Shown here in pieces: positions 29,568 through 44,624 of a DNA stretch of 64,000 bases. Below the pieces are notes generated by a model, which ran no database searches, was not told the origin of the DNA, and saw only the letters and a list, made by a program, of their open reading frames with translations. Source of the stretch: Candidatus Heimdallarchaeota archaeon (GTDB lineage: Archaea; Asgardarchaeota; Heimdallarchaeia; Hodarchaeales; Hodarchaeaceae); contig RDOB01000001.1 of assembly GCA_011364965.1 (NCBI GenBank), positions 160,001 to 224,000 of the forward strand, read 5' to 3'. The position numbers were made by a program, and so were the translations under genes. The stretch's first letter is position 1. Each line of letters opens with the position of its first letter.

Positions 29568-30491
29568 CTATAATAAATTCTTCAACACTGCAGCTACTGT
29601 ATGCAAACGATTCTCTGCCTCATCAAACACGACAGAATTAGGGCCATAAATTACTTCATCTGTAACTTCTTCTTTATGCCGTGGAAGGCAATGCATAAAA
29701 ATGAAATCACTTTTTGCGTAGCTAGTTAAACTAGAATTTACTTGGAAAGCTTTGAATTTTTCCAATTTTTCCTTTGCTTGTTCCTCTTGTCCCATTGAAA
29801 TAAATGTATCCGTGACAACCACATTTGCCCCTTTGACGGATTGAAACGGATCGTAAGTTAAGGAAATCTGTCCACTTTGAGATTGTAAACCCCTGCAATA
29901 GCTGATAACATCTGGGTCAGGTTCATATCCCTCTGGTGTCGCGATAGACATGTTAATCCCCATTTTTACGGCAGCTACCATTAAAGAATGACAAACGTTA
30001 TTGCCATCACCGATCCAAGCGATTTTTATGCCCTCAAGTCTTCCAAGGTGTTCTTCAATTGTTAATAGATCTGCAAGAGCTTGAAGAGGATGATATTGAT
30101 CCGACAGAGCGTTTATAACGGGAATTCCTGAATATTTAGCTAATGCTACCACATCCTCATGGTTGAATACTCTAGCGAGTATACCAGAAACCATTCTACC
30201 GAGGACTTTTGCGGTATCATAGAGAGATTCATTAACACCTAGCTGAATATCATCTTTTCCTAGGAATAAAGCGTGACCACCCAACTCAACCATTGCAGTT
30301 TCAGTTGAAACTCGTGTGCGAGTGGATCGTTTCTGAAAGATCATCCCCAAGGTCTTCCCTAGAAGAGGTTGGGTTTTGATTATCTTATTCCGATTTTTCT
30401 TAAATTCCAAAGATTCGTCAAGAAGAAACCTAATCTCACTTTTGGTCAAGTCTTTTAAGGTTAAGATTGACCTACCCTTTAGATTTATCAT
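29568..30491 (-). CDS. argF: Ornithine carbamoyltransferase
   Basis: STRT, HPLQ, GDGNN, SMG, HCLP and AENR motifs. Confidence 0.97.
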   Translation of the reverse strand: MINLKGRSILTLKDLTKSEIRFLLDESLEFKKNRNKIIKTQPLLGKTLGMIFQKRSTRTRVSTETAMVELGGHALFLGKDDIQLGVNESLYDTAKVLGRMVSGILARVFNHEDVVALAKYSGIPVINALSDQYHPLQALADLLTIEEHLGRLEGIKIAWIGDGNNVCHSLMVAAVKMGINMSIATPEGYEPDPDVISYCRGLQSQSGQISLTYDPFQSVKGANVVVTDTFISMGQEEQAKEKLEKFKAFQVNSSLTSYAKSDFIFMHCLPRHKEEVTDEVIYGPNSVVFDEAENRLHTVAAVLKNLL

Positions 30492-30512
30492 TTCATTTCA
30501 CTCTTGTCTTTT

Positions 30513-30836
30513 TTATTTTATATCTAGAGCTGTTTTTGTAAATAAGTTAAAACCACCATGAATGACTGGTATAAAGGAAATCATTGTGTTAGCATCGATT
30601 TTAGTATTAATACCATCCAAAGCAGATATTTCTTGGTCATTGATGAAAATTAATAAAGATCGTTTTAATTCAAGGTTATCAGATAAATACTGTCGAAGTA
30701 ATTGAAACTCTTGTTTGAGAAGAAGTTCACTTAATAGATCTTTCAGAGTATGATTTGCATTTGACAATGAATATTCAATACTTTGTTGTTTGAAGTCATA
30801 TTGGAGCGAACCAAGGAACTTTAATTTAACTTTCAT
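30513..30836 (-). CDS. Urm1/SAMP/MoaD-like ubiquitin-fold protein with a 12-aa extension after GG
   Basis: MKVKLKFLG, LIFIND and ISFIPVIHGG-FNLFTKTALDIK. Confidence 0.88.
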   Translation of the reverse strand: MKVKLKFLGSLQYDFKQQSIEYSLSNANHTLKDLLSELLLKQEFQLLRQYLSDNLELKRSLLIFINDQEISALDGINTKIDANTMISFIPVIHGGFNLFTKTALDIK

Positions 30837-30860
30837 AATAACATCAATTCAGGAGAGACA

Positions 30861-30974
30861 TGCGCCGACCGGGATTTTCAGTTGAAAGGATAACTGAAAG
30901 TAAAACCCTTCACCATTTGAACCCGAGTTACCAGCTTGGGAGGCTGGAGTCTTACCAGACTGGACCATCGGCGC
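30861..30974 (-). tRNA. tRNA-Gly(CCC) with a 41-nt T-loop 59/60 intron (30875-30915)
   Basis: GCGCCGA/TCGGCGC; CCAGC-CTCCCAA-GCTGG; BHB TTCA-AAT/TGAA-AAT. Confidence 0.9.
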
Positions 30975-31050
30975 AAAATAGTGCAAAAAACTACTGATTT
31001 TAGTTGATTTAAATAATCTACGGTGCATTCAACGATTTCAATTTTCCCGT

Positions 31051-31794
31051 TTAGCGAAACACATCGGTTTGTCGATCTCGATTTAAATCCATTGCAGATG
31101 AATCTGCATGAATAAATTCTACTCCTCGTACAATAATAACTGGTGTTCCTTCCCCTGCCTGTCCCATCACGAGACCTGCTGCTGCTGCAATTTCATCCGC
31201 TCTTGCGACAAATGTAGATTTCAATTGATATCCATAGAGGTCTTTTCTTCCTCTGAAATCTTCTATTGGCATAATTCCAGCTAAACCAATAGCCACATTC
31301 ACTGTGCCAACTCTCAGCGGTCTACCAAATGTATCACTTATAATGACAGCTACATCTTTGCCTAGGTTTTCGAATATAATTCCTTTAATCTTCCTAGCAG
31401 ATAAATCAGGATCATCAGGTAATGAAATTACCGTTTCTCCAGGAGAATTAGATTTATCAATCCCACCATTGGCGCAAACAAATCCGTGTTTTGTTGCAGT
31501 AATTAAAAGTCGCTCATTCATTCTTACTATTTCATTACTCTCTCTAAGTATAACCTCAATTTTACGAGGATCCTTATTTTGAATTTTACCAATATTTATT
31601 GCTAAATTACTAGGTTCGATCTCATTAAGATCAAATATTTTGTTTTCTGCCTTAGAAATCACTGTATGAGCAATAACTATGATATCATTATCTTTTAAGG
31701 ATATTTTCTTTAATTCTTCAGTCAAAATCTTATTGAAATCATCTCCAGGATTAATAATTGGGAAATTAAGCAATGGAAAAATCATAATTCTCAT
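31051..31794 (-). CDS. cofE: Coenzyme F420-0:L-glutamate ligase
   Basis: VISKAE, ANGGIDKSN, LPDDPD.SA, SDTFGRP.R.G and DEIAAAAGLVMG. Confidence 0.94.
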   Translation of the reverse strand: MRIMIFPLLNFPIINPGDDFNKILTEELKKISLKDNDIIVIAHTVISKAENKIFDLNEIEPSNLAINIGKIQNKDPRKIEVILRESNEIVRMNERLLITATKHGFVCANGGIDKSNSPGETVISLPDDPDLSARKIKGIIFENLGKDVAVIISDTFGRPLRVGTVNVAIGLAGIMPIEDFRGRKDLYGYQLKSTFVARADEIAAAAGLVMGQAGEGTPVIIVRGVEFIHADSSAMDLNRDRQTDVFR

Positions 31795-31831
31795 TTTAAA
31801 TCATTCTCTTTTATCTAAAGGATATTATATG

Positions 31832-31897
31832 ATGCCTCAGACCGCTCATCGATCATCAAATCTAGTTTCAGTTACCTAAAGGTATCATCATTGGCAT
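31832..31897 (-). ncRNA. Box C/D guide sRNA (compact archaeal type)
   Basis: AUGCC stem, C AUGAUGA, 13-nt guide, D' CUGA, C' UGAUGA, 12-nt guide, D CUGA, GGCAU. Confidence 0.85.
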
Positions 31898-31938
31898 AGA
31901 TCATAAATACAAAATAATCTGAGTTATATCATTTAATC

Positions 31939-32688
31939 TTAAATTCCGAACTCTGAAGGCCGAGTTTTGATCTGCTGAGTTAAATCTTCGAGTAATTTTC
32001 TCACTTTCTCAGTTTGAGAAGCATTCCCAATTTTTTGGTATTTATCATGAGCTTTTGCTAGAAGGTCAATAACTTCCTTTATGTTCTCACGTGCACTTAT
32101 CAATGCCTTAGCTTTACGATATAAGGCATGAGCTTCATATCTTGTTGTATCTTCGCGTCCCTTCTTAAATTCCTCGACTGCTTTTTCCAAATAGTAAGCT
32201 TTATCAAAATCTGATTCCATTGCAGCGGCCCTTTGCACAAATGAACGAGCACGGGCCCGGGCGGCCTCTGTTTCCATCCCAGTTGTCTGATATAGAGCTC
32301 CAGCGGATTCAAAAAGCCTTGCTGATTCGATAAATTCACCCTCTTGAGCTTTAACTTTTGCTAATTCCCCTTGAGTTTGAGCTTGAATGGTTCTTGCTTG
32401 TTTTGCTTCTGTTGTAAATCCCTCAGTGGAAAATACCACATTTGCTTTTCCGAAACAACGTATTGCATCAAGAAAATTCGTTTCTAACATATAAATGTAA
32501 CCATGAGCACAGAGACGATATGCTTCGGCACGTTGGCTTAATTTTTTTTCCCCAGCACCAGAAAAGCGTTTAGAAGCGGCTCTAAATCTTTCTAAAGCTT
32601 CCTCATAGCGTTGAGTTTCATAATAAACCATTGCCTGATCAAATTCCTCCTGAGCTTTCTTTACCTTATTTCCTTTGAATATTGGCAC
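31939..32688 (-). CDS. TPR/alpha-SNAP-like helical repeat protein
   Basis: Repeated A...F..A...F/Y...G....A pattern. Confidence 0.8.
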   Translation of the reverse strand: MPIFKGNKVKKAQEEFDQAMVYYETQRYEEALERFRAASKRFSGAGEKKLSQRAEAYRLCAHGYIYMLETNFLDAIRCFGKANVVFSTEGFTTEAKQARTIQAQTQGELAKVKAQEGEFIESARLFESAGALYQTTGMETEAARARARSFVQRAAAMESDFDKAYYLEKAVEEFKKGREDTTRYEAHALYRKAKALISARENIKEVIDLLAKAHDKYQKIGNASQTEKVRKLLEDLTQQIKTRPSEFGI

Positions 32689-33114
32689 TGATTTTATCTC
32701 CCAGCTATATTAACTTGTTAGGAAGTTCTAGCGCAAATAACCTTTTAATATCTTCTCAACGAAGAGATCCTCTTAAGACTTCAGAGATGGTAGATTTAGG
32801 TTCTACATAATGCATCTCAATCAAAGCGTATAAAATTACCTATTCTAGGAATTTTAACCACATGTTGAAACATTATTCCAAATCCTCAATCTGTCTTAAA
32901 TTTAATCTGAACACTATCGTACTAAAATATAAATATCTGATCAGATTAGTTTGGTAGAAGTAATTTCTTTGGTAAAGATGTTTGCAAACATAAATAAACT
33001 AAAGAAAGTATTGTAAGGCCTAATAACTATTACTTGAAAATACCATCCTGATTTCATAATAAAGTAATCTCAGGGATCTATTACTCTGATAGAAGAAATT
33101 CATTTCCCAGGGTT

Positions 33115-38217
<5,103 letters not shown>

Positions 38218-38348
38218 ATTTTAGAAGTTGATAGAATCGATATTTAAGGTGAAAAGATAAAGATATAATATAAAAACCAGAAAGGGAATTAAATTAGTAT
38301 CAAAGGAAAATAAGGATTAATATCAAGAAAAGAAATGAAAGAGAAATA

Positions 38349-38867
38349 GTGATAAGGATGAATGGAACCAAATTATTTGCTCAACTTGAAGTGCCACAAT
38401 TGATTTTCATTTTCACGTTTGGTGCTTTGATTATCGTGGGTTTTTTACTGTTTTACTTCAGACAACAAATCATTGATGCTTTAGGAATAAGTTCCGCGAA
38501 GAAAACTATTCTCGAGCAAGAAATTGAACAACGTTTAGTGCAGATTCGACAACTTGCCCGTCAACAAATGTTCAGAGAAGCGGCAGTTCTCATGTGGCAA
38601 ACAATGACACTCGCATCTGAAGGATTTCTTGGTGTAGGCCGAGCTCCTAATGAATCTGCACGTCAATTAGGAGTGAAATTAATGAATAGGGGAGATCTAG
38701 ATCCTAGCGCAATAAATGCAATAGTAATTGCATTTGAAAAAGCTAGATATGGATTAAATACTCCTCTAACAACCCAAGAATTTAAAGATGGATTATCTGG
38801 CTTGCATCAATTTTTACAAGCTGCAACTTCAGTTGGTAGTATTTCTACTGAAGAAGAATATCAATGA
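38349..38867 (+). CDS. DUF4129-like membrane-anchored protein
   Basis: N-terminal TM; NESARQ...AFEKARYG motif; MoxR-locus context. Confidence 0.75.
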   Translation: MIRMNGTKLFAQLEVPQLIFIFTFGALIIVGFLLFYFRQQIIDALGISSAKKTILEQEIEQRLVQIRQLARQQMFREAAVLMWQTMTLASEGFLGVGRAPNESARQLGVKLMNRGDLDPSAINAIVIAFEKARYGLNTPLTTQEFKDGLSGLHQFLQAATSVGSISTEEEYQ

Positions 38868-38891
38868 AGAATTATGTAAACGTGAAACTTA

Positions 38892-40607
38892 ATGGTAGAG
38901 ATCAATCGAACGACAAGTGCAATGATTGCCCTTGCTTTATTTGTTAGCTATCCATTTGTAGCTGCAACCTTTTTTGGTTTCTTATTTACAAGAAATTCGA
39001 CAAATTTCTCTATCTATAATACTGGATGGAATGGCACTAGTACATTCAAAGAAAAATTTCAAAATCATCCCAATGAAGGGCAAATCTCTACAATTATAGG
39101 AAGTAGTAACGTTTTAAATCGTTTGAATTCTTCAGAAATGAATGATAGTCAGGGCACGTTGATCATTCTCGGACCCGCTGTGCACTATGACTTCTCCGAA
39201 TCTTTAGCAATATTAATGTATGCCATCAATGGTGGTCGAGTTTTAATTGCTGACGATTTTGGGACTGCAAATGATATTCTAAGTGTATTTTCAATATTCT
39301 TGGGATTTATGTCCCAGATAAATATAGGAGAACTAGGATTTGGGGACACAGGAGGAGAATTAAACATGTTCGGGTTAAACACGACCAGTAATGAAAACAC
39401 ATCTTCTTCTCCTTCTAATTTTCCAATTGCAGGAATTGCCATTAATGGTAGTGTCTTGGCAGATCAAGGAAGCTATAATAATACTCCCTTAACGCCGGTA
39501 TTTCAGTCCCCTAGCACTTCTACTCAAACTGAAACAAGCTATCTCATGCCGGCTCCTTGGGTAACTGATTTCACGAATGGATTGAGTGGAAGAGGTGTTA
39601 TAGGAAATTTTGCTTCCATAATTACTATGAAAGTTCGATATCCGAATACCACTGCACCTGGTTATCCGGAAACAGTTGAATGGATCACAAAATGGGTTCC
39701 CATGGGGGAATTTCCAGCATCTGCATCTAGTGCGTTCGCTGATCTTGGACAATACGATATAGAAATTCCTGATGTCACTTTCAGTCTACAGATTGCGGTT
39801 CTTTATAGCAGCTCAGAAGCATGGCTCGAATCCGATATTGCAGCAGCAAAACGAGATGTTAATGATATTAGTCCTAATACAAATGAATGGGGAAATCCAA
39901 ACATTGGATTTCCTGTGTTTGTTTATTTTCCTTTTCCACTTGGTGGACAGATTATACTATGTTCAGATCCATCCATATTTATCAATCAATATCTTGATAC
40001 GACAACCTACCCAGCTGCGTCCCAATATGATAATGAAGCGTTTGCAGATAATGTAATCGCTCTTATGATGGAGGATAGAACAGGACAAACAATTATCTTT
40101 GATGAAGGGCATTTAGCTAATCATCCATTATCACCTGTTCTTCCATTAAGTTTATATTTAAAATTCCTTGATATGGTGACAATGTTTCCCTTATTTGCAG
40201 CAGGTTTACCGATCATTGCTTTGATATTATCTAGACGCTTTATGCCAAAAAGAACTCAGGCAAAACCATTGCTATTGACCCGAGTGGAACGATATTATGG
40301 TAGAAGTTTCTTTGCTGTGAAAATGAGGTGGTTTCTAGAGTATAAACAATATTCTAGAGGTCTCGAACTAATTTATCGACGATTAAGAAGGAATATTCAT
40401 AGAAGATATTCTCATGAGGCCGAATTAACACCAGAAATCACAGCTGATTATCTCACTAAAGAATTTCCTGATAGGTTTAATTATAAAAATATTGCTGATG
40501 GATTAAGAATGATTGAGAATATCATTGTTAATCGAACGTTAATCACTGAAGAAGAGTTTCTTCATCATTATTTGTTCTTAAAAACAATAGGAACAGAAAT
40601 CGCATAA
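38892..40607 (+). CDS. DUF4350-like membrane protein
   Basis: FSIYNTGWNG.S, GG.VLIADDFGTAN, SDPSIFIN and IIFDEGH. Confidence 0.78.
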   Translation: MVEINRTTSAMIALALFVSYPFVAATFFGFLFTRNSTNFSIYNTGWNGTSTFKEKFQNHPNEGQISTIIGSSNVLNRLNSSEMNDSQGTLIILGPAVHYDFSESLAILMYAINGGRVLIADDFGTANDILSVFSIFLGFMSQINIGELGFGDTGGELNMFGLNTTSNENTSSSPSNFPIAGIAINGSVLADQGSYNNTPLTPVFQSPSTSTQTETSYLMPAPWVTDFTNGLSGRGVIGNFASIITMKVRYPNTTAPGYPETVEWITKWVPMGEFPASASSAFADLGQYDIEIPDVTFSLQIAVLYSSSEAWLESDIAAAKRDVNDISPNTNEWGNPNIGFPVFVYFPFPLGGQIILCSDPSIFINQYLDTTTYPAASQYDNEAFADNVIALMMEDRTGQTIIFDEGHLANHPLSPVLPLSLYLKFLDMVTMFPLFAAGLPIIALILSRRFMPKRTQAKPLLLTRVERYYGRSFFAVKMRWFLEYKQYSRGLELIYRRLRRNIHRRYSHEAELTPEITADYLTKEFPDRFNYKNIADGLRMIENIIVNRTLITEEEFLHHYLFLKTIGTEIA

Positions 40608-40645
40608 TTTACTGATAATCTACTAGCTAATTAAAAAAAACAGAA

Positions 40646-41710
40646 GTGGAAGACATGAGCAGAACTGACATTAAAGGAAAAGATTTCAAAAGCGATGAAT
40701 TGACTTTTGAGATGTTAGAAGTCAACGACGTAGCACGAGCTTACCAACAAATTATGGCTGAAATCCGGAAAGTTTACATTGGACGCACTGAAATCTTTGA
40801 AATGCTGTGGATTGCCATGCTAACAGGCAAACACGTATATTTAGAAGGTGTACCGGGAATTGGAAAAACATATATGGCGAACACCTTTTCTCAGTGCCTT
40901 GGTACTGAATTTAGCAGAATTCAGTTTACACCTGATATGTTACCTTCAGATATTGTTGGAACTAATATATTTAATCCTAAAACAGGAACATTTCGACTTA
41001 AAAAAGGACCAATTTTTGGTAATGTAATTCTAGCAGACGAAATTAACCGCGCACCTCCAAAAACACAATCCGCAATGCTTGAAGCCATGGCTGAAGGTCA
41101 AGTATCTATTGAAGGTGAAACACACAAACTCGAAAAACCATTTGTAGTATTAGCAACTGCAAATCCCGTTGAACAGGAAGGTACATATCCTTTACCTGAG
41201 GCACAACTAGATAGGTTTATGATCAAGGTTATTATCCATCATTCCTCACCTGATGATGAATTGAGAATTATTAAATTTAAAAATGAGCCAATTCCAGCAA
41301 TAATCAATCAGGTAGTATCTCCTCAAACCATTGTAGCGATGATGGAGGTAGTGAAACGTGTGTATGTTTGTCCTGAAATTTTAGAAATGATCAGAGATAT
41401 CACTGTTGCTACCCGTACTGATCCTCGTTTAGTATTGGGTTGTTCTCCTCGTGGAAGTGAAAGCTTATTATTAGCTGGAAAAGCCCGGGCAGCTATTCAT
41501 GGACGAGATTTTGTAATTCCTGACGATATATTACTAATGATCCCCCATATAGTCCATCACAGAATAATTTTAAAACCAGAAGCAGAGCTTGAAGGAATCA
41601 CTCAGATAAGAATATCTGAAGACATCCGAGACATGGTTGCTGTTCCTGTTGATCCAGTTGAAGAAGAAATGGTTTATGAGGAATACGTAGAAGAAATTAA
41701 TGAAGAATAA
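40646..41710 (+). CDS. moxR: MoxR family AAA+ ATPase
   Basis: EGVPGIGKT, RIQFTPDMLPSDI, DEINRAPPKTQSA and EGTYPLPEAQLDRF. Confidence 0.95.
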   Translation: MEDMSRTDIKGKDFKSDELTFEMLEVNDVARAYQQIMAEIRKVYIGRTEIFEMLWIAMLTGKHVYLEGVPGIGKTYMANTFSQCLGTEFSRIQFTPDMLPSDIVGTNIFNPKTGTFRLKKGPIFGNVILADEINRAPPKTQSAMLEAMAEGQVSIEGETHKLEKPFVVLATANPVEQEGTYPLPEAQLDRFMIKVIIHHSSPDDELRIIKFKNEPIPAIINQVVSPQTIVAMMEVVKRVYVCPEILEMIRDITVATRTDPRLVLGCSPRGSESLLLAGKARAAIHGRDFVIPDDILLMIPHIVHHRIILKPEAELEGITQIRISEDIRDMVAVPVDPVEEEMVYEEYVEEINEE

Positions 41711-41761
41711 AACAAATAATTCTATATAAATGTAAATATATATTATATTAGGTGTACTTGA

Positions 41762-43231
41762 ATGCTTTCTTCAAGAGGCGCGTTTATAGCGATCGGTGGG
41801 ATCTTGCTTCTATCCGTTGGATTAAGTGCCAAAGGTATCGGCACCGTAACAACAATGATTCCAATCCTTTTCGGAGGAGAGGGACTTACACAACAATCAG
41901 GTCAGAATCAAACTGTTGGCTACCCAACTGGGATGGAATTTCTTAGTGCATTTGAAATTCTTAATAGTTCTCCTATTGTTGATTATGGTATGTTTTTGGG
42001 TATCTTATTACTATTAGCTAGTGTTATTGGTCTACCCTTCTTCCAAGCATCAGCAAATGCTTCGCTTATTCGTGTCACGAGAACAGTTGACCGTGAAAAA
42101 GCATTCGCAGGAGAGTATGTTCATGTCTCGGTAAAAATCGAAAATACAGGAAGACGTCGAATGGATTTTATCGAAGTATATGACGCTATTCCTGATATGT
42201 TTGAAATTGTCCTAGGAGAAAACTTTATCATTACCCAGCTAGATGGAAAAGAAACCAAGGAGTTTTCTTATATTATTCAAGTCAGTACACGGGGAGTTTA
42301 CCAAATAGGCCCAGTAAAAGTCATTATTCATGACAGATTAGGATTTTATTTTGAAGAAGACGTGAGACACTTTTACACTGAAGTTTTATGTTACCCTTCA
42401 TATGAAGATATCCGTAGAATGGAAGCATTGAGTAAAAGAAGACAACAAGGGAAAATGTTTGGTGCACATAAAACAAAACAAAAAGGAATGGGAGATGATT
42501 TTCATGCTTTAGCGCGATATTACCCTGGAGCCCCTTTTAAGTCGTTAGATTGGAAAGCTTTCAGTCGAACTGGTGAACTAATGGTAAGGGAGTTTGAAGC
42601 GGAGAAAAACATTCGCTTGCTGGTATTCTTAGACCATAGTGGAAGTATGGGGGCTGGAATTCCATATAATACAAAGCTCGATTTTGCAATCCGTTCTGTG
42701 ATGCTTGTTATGAAAATGGCAGAAGAACGTCAAGATTTATTTGGTTTAATTACTTTTGCAGATAGACCAACCTCTTATCTTCCTCCCGGCGCAGGTAAAG
42801 CAAAGTTTTTTCAGCTTCTAGAAATTTTAGCTTTAGTTGAACCACAAGGAAGATCAGATCCCTTAGCTGCTGTAGATTACGTCATGCAAAGATTACCGCG
42901 AGCCTCTTTCTATGTATTTTTAACTGATTTGGAATCTTCGGATTCTGAAATATTCACAGAAGCAGCAAAGCGGGCTAGATCGGCAAAAAATAAAATTACG
43001 GTTATTTCACCTTTTGGTCCATTATTTGAAACCAAATTAACTGATCTTACTTCTACGGAACGTGCAATTGCAGAAGCGATTTTCGAAGAATATCTTGGAT
43101 ACCGAAAACAGGTGGAAGATAGCTTAAGAGGCCTTGGAGTTGAAATTATTAATGTAGGCCCTGATGATATTCTTCCTAATGTCATTAAAACATATATGAA
43201 AGCGAAACAAGCAGGAAAAGGATCGGTGTAG
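41762..43231 (+). CDS. DUF58/vWA domain protein with N-terminal TM and Ig-like segment
   Basis: R.Y.PG....DWKA.SR.G.LMVREFE; MIDAS DHSGSM. Confidence 0.88.
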   Translation: MLSSRGAFIAIGGILLLSVGLSAKGIGTVTTMIPILFGGEGLTQQSGQNQTVGYPTGMEFLSAFEILNSSPIVDYGMFLGILLLLASVIGLPFFQASANASLIRVTRTVDREKAFAGEYVHVSVKIENTGRRRMDFIEVYDAIPDMFEIVLGENFIITQLDGKETKEFSYIIQVSTRGVYQIGPVKVIIHDRLGFYFEEDVRHFYTEVLCYPSYEDIRRMEALSKRRQQGKMFGAHKTKQKGMGDDFHALARYYPGAPFKSLDWKAFSRTGELMVREFEAEKNIRLLVFLDHSGSMGAGIPYNTKLDFAIRSVMLVMKMAEERQDLFGLITFADRPTSYLPPGAGKAKFFQLLEILALVEPQGRSDPLAAVDYVMQRLPRASFYVFLTDLESSDSEIFTEAAKRARSAKNKITVISPFGPLFETKLTDLTSTERAIAEAIFEEYLGYRKQVEDSLRGLGVEIINVGPDDILPNVIKTYMKAKQAGKGSV

Positions 43232-43236
43232 ATTAA

Positions 43237-44604
43237 GTGCCAGCAGCTCAAAATACAGCTCATTTTTTTAGAATAATTTACGTTGTTCTATTTGTTTTTT
43301 CAAGTCTACTGGTTTTATTCAGTATAGACCAAACGAAAATGTTTGATTTCACCCAAGTATTCAAAATTATTGATTATCTGATGTTATTTGTACAGGTACT
43401 CCTTGAAACGCTTACAAATCTGGCAATCAATATTACTCTCATTATCATTGCTGCAAAAGCAGCTCTTCCCTTTATTGGGGATCCAAATTTTGCATCTTTG
43501 AACCAAAGCGGAATTGCTCAAATAAGAAATCTTGTCAATCCATTAAATAATTTCTTTCCGCATTCGAATATTGATCTTACGAATCCTCAAGCTCTAGAGA
43601 ATTTAATCACTGATTTTTCGGCCTTCTTTGGCGCTACTACTATATTAATATTACTTCCAATCGCTATTTTGTCAGGTTTTGGATTTCTCAGAGAGGGAGA
43701 TACAAAATTAGCCATATACTCTTTTCTAGGATTTCAGCTGATTCTAATTGTTGCAATTTTTACTGAAAATATCTTAATTTCCACAGAAATAAATTCTTCT
43801 AATATTTTCGCAATGATTTTCAGCCCTCTCTTTACATTAGGCTTCCTTTTATATTTACAATTAGAAATTGCTTTTCAAACTTCCTATACTCTAAATATCC
43901 TAAACCCCATGACCGAAAGAGAAAAAAGAATTCAAAAACATCTAGCAAGAATTCGTGCATTTGTACCAAAATCAGAGGAAGAAGAAGAGGGAAAAGAACG
44001 GACAGTTGGAAGTATGCAGTCTAGTAAATTTGATCTACTAGCTGCAAGTTATCTTCGAGAAATGGTTGAACGGCGGGTATTTAAAACTGGAGAAATGGCA
44101 ATCGATGCAAAATCGATGATGAGATTGCAATCATATTTAGCTAGTCTAAATCAGTCTGATCCACAAACAGATCTAAAGCTAGCAGCTAAAACTGCACAAC
44201 CTGATATTTCAGCTTTGATTAAACACTTCATCCCAACGATGATATTTCGGATTTCAGCTGTAGTTCTTTTAGCTTATATTATTATGTCACCTGAAGGTAT
44301 CCTAAACTTTTTCATGTCTTTTTCTTTTCCAGCTTTACTTGATAGCCTTGAATTAAGTCAACCAGAATTCCGAACAATTGCAATATTGAATTTTGTTCTT
44401 CTTTTCATTTTAATTGGTGCAGTACTTCATTATCTTAGTTCTGGAAGAACAGTAAAAGTTTTAGAACGAGTTGTTCAGCAAATCGACACTCTAGTTGACT
44501 TTGATAGAGGTAAACCTAGTAGAACTCCCTCAGAAGGACAGTCTTCTGAAGAGGAATCTGTGGAAGAAGCTTCGCCTGAAGACCAAGAAGAAGTAATTTC
44601 CTAA
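43237..44604 (+). CDS. Hypothetical multi-pass membrane protein (MoxR locus)
   Basis: About 7 TM segments, a cytoplasmic loop and an acidic tail; 5 nt downstream of the DUF58 gene. Confidence 0.8.
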   Translation: MPAAQNTAHFFRIIYVVLFVFSSLLVLFSIDQTKMFDFTQVFKIIDYLMLFVQVLLETLTNLAINITLIIIAAKAALPFIGDPNFASLNQSGIAQIRNLVNPLNNFFPHSNIDLTNPQALENLITDFSAFFGATTILILLPIAILSGFGFLREGDTKLAIYSFLGFQLILIVAIFTENILISTEINSSNIFAMIFSPLFTLGFLLYLQLEIAFQTSYTLNILNPMTEREKRIQKHLARIRAFVPKSEEEEEGKERTVGSMQSSKFDLLAASYLREMVERRVFKTGEMAIDAKSMMRLQSYLASLNQSDPQTDLKLAAKTAQPDISALIKHFIPTMIFRISAVVLLAYIIMSPEGILNFFMSFSFPALLDSLELSQPEFRTIAILNFVLLFILIGAVLHYLSSGRTVKVLERVVQQIDTLVDFDRGKPSRTPSEGQSSEEESVEEASPEDQEEVIS

Positions 44605-44624
44605 ATTTATGGAGAGAAAGAGCA

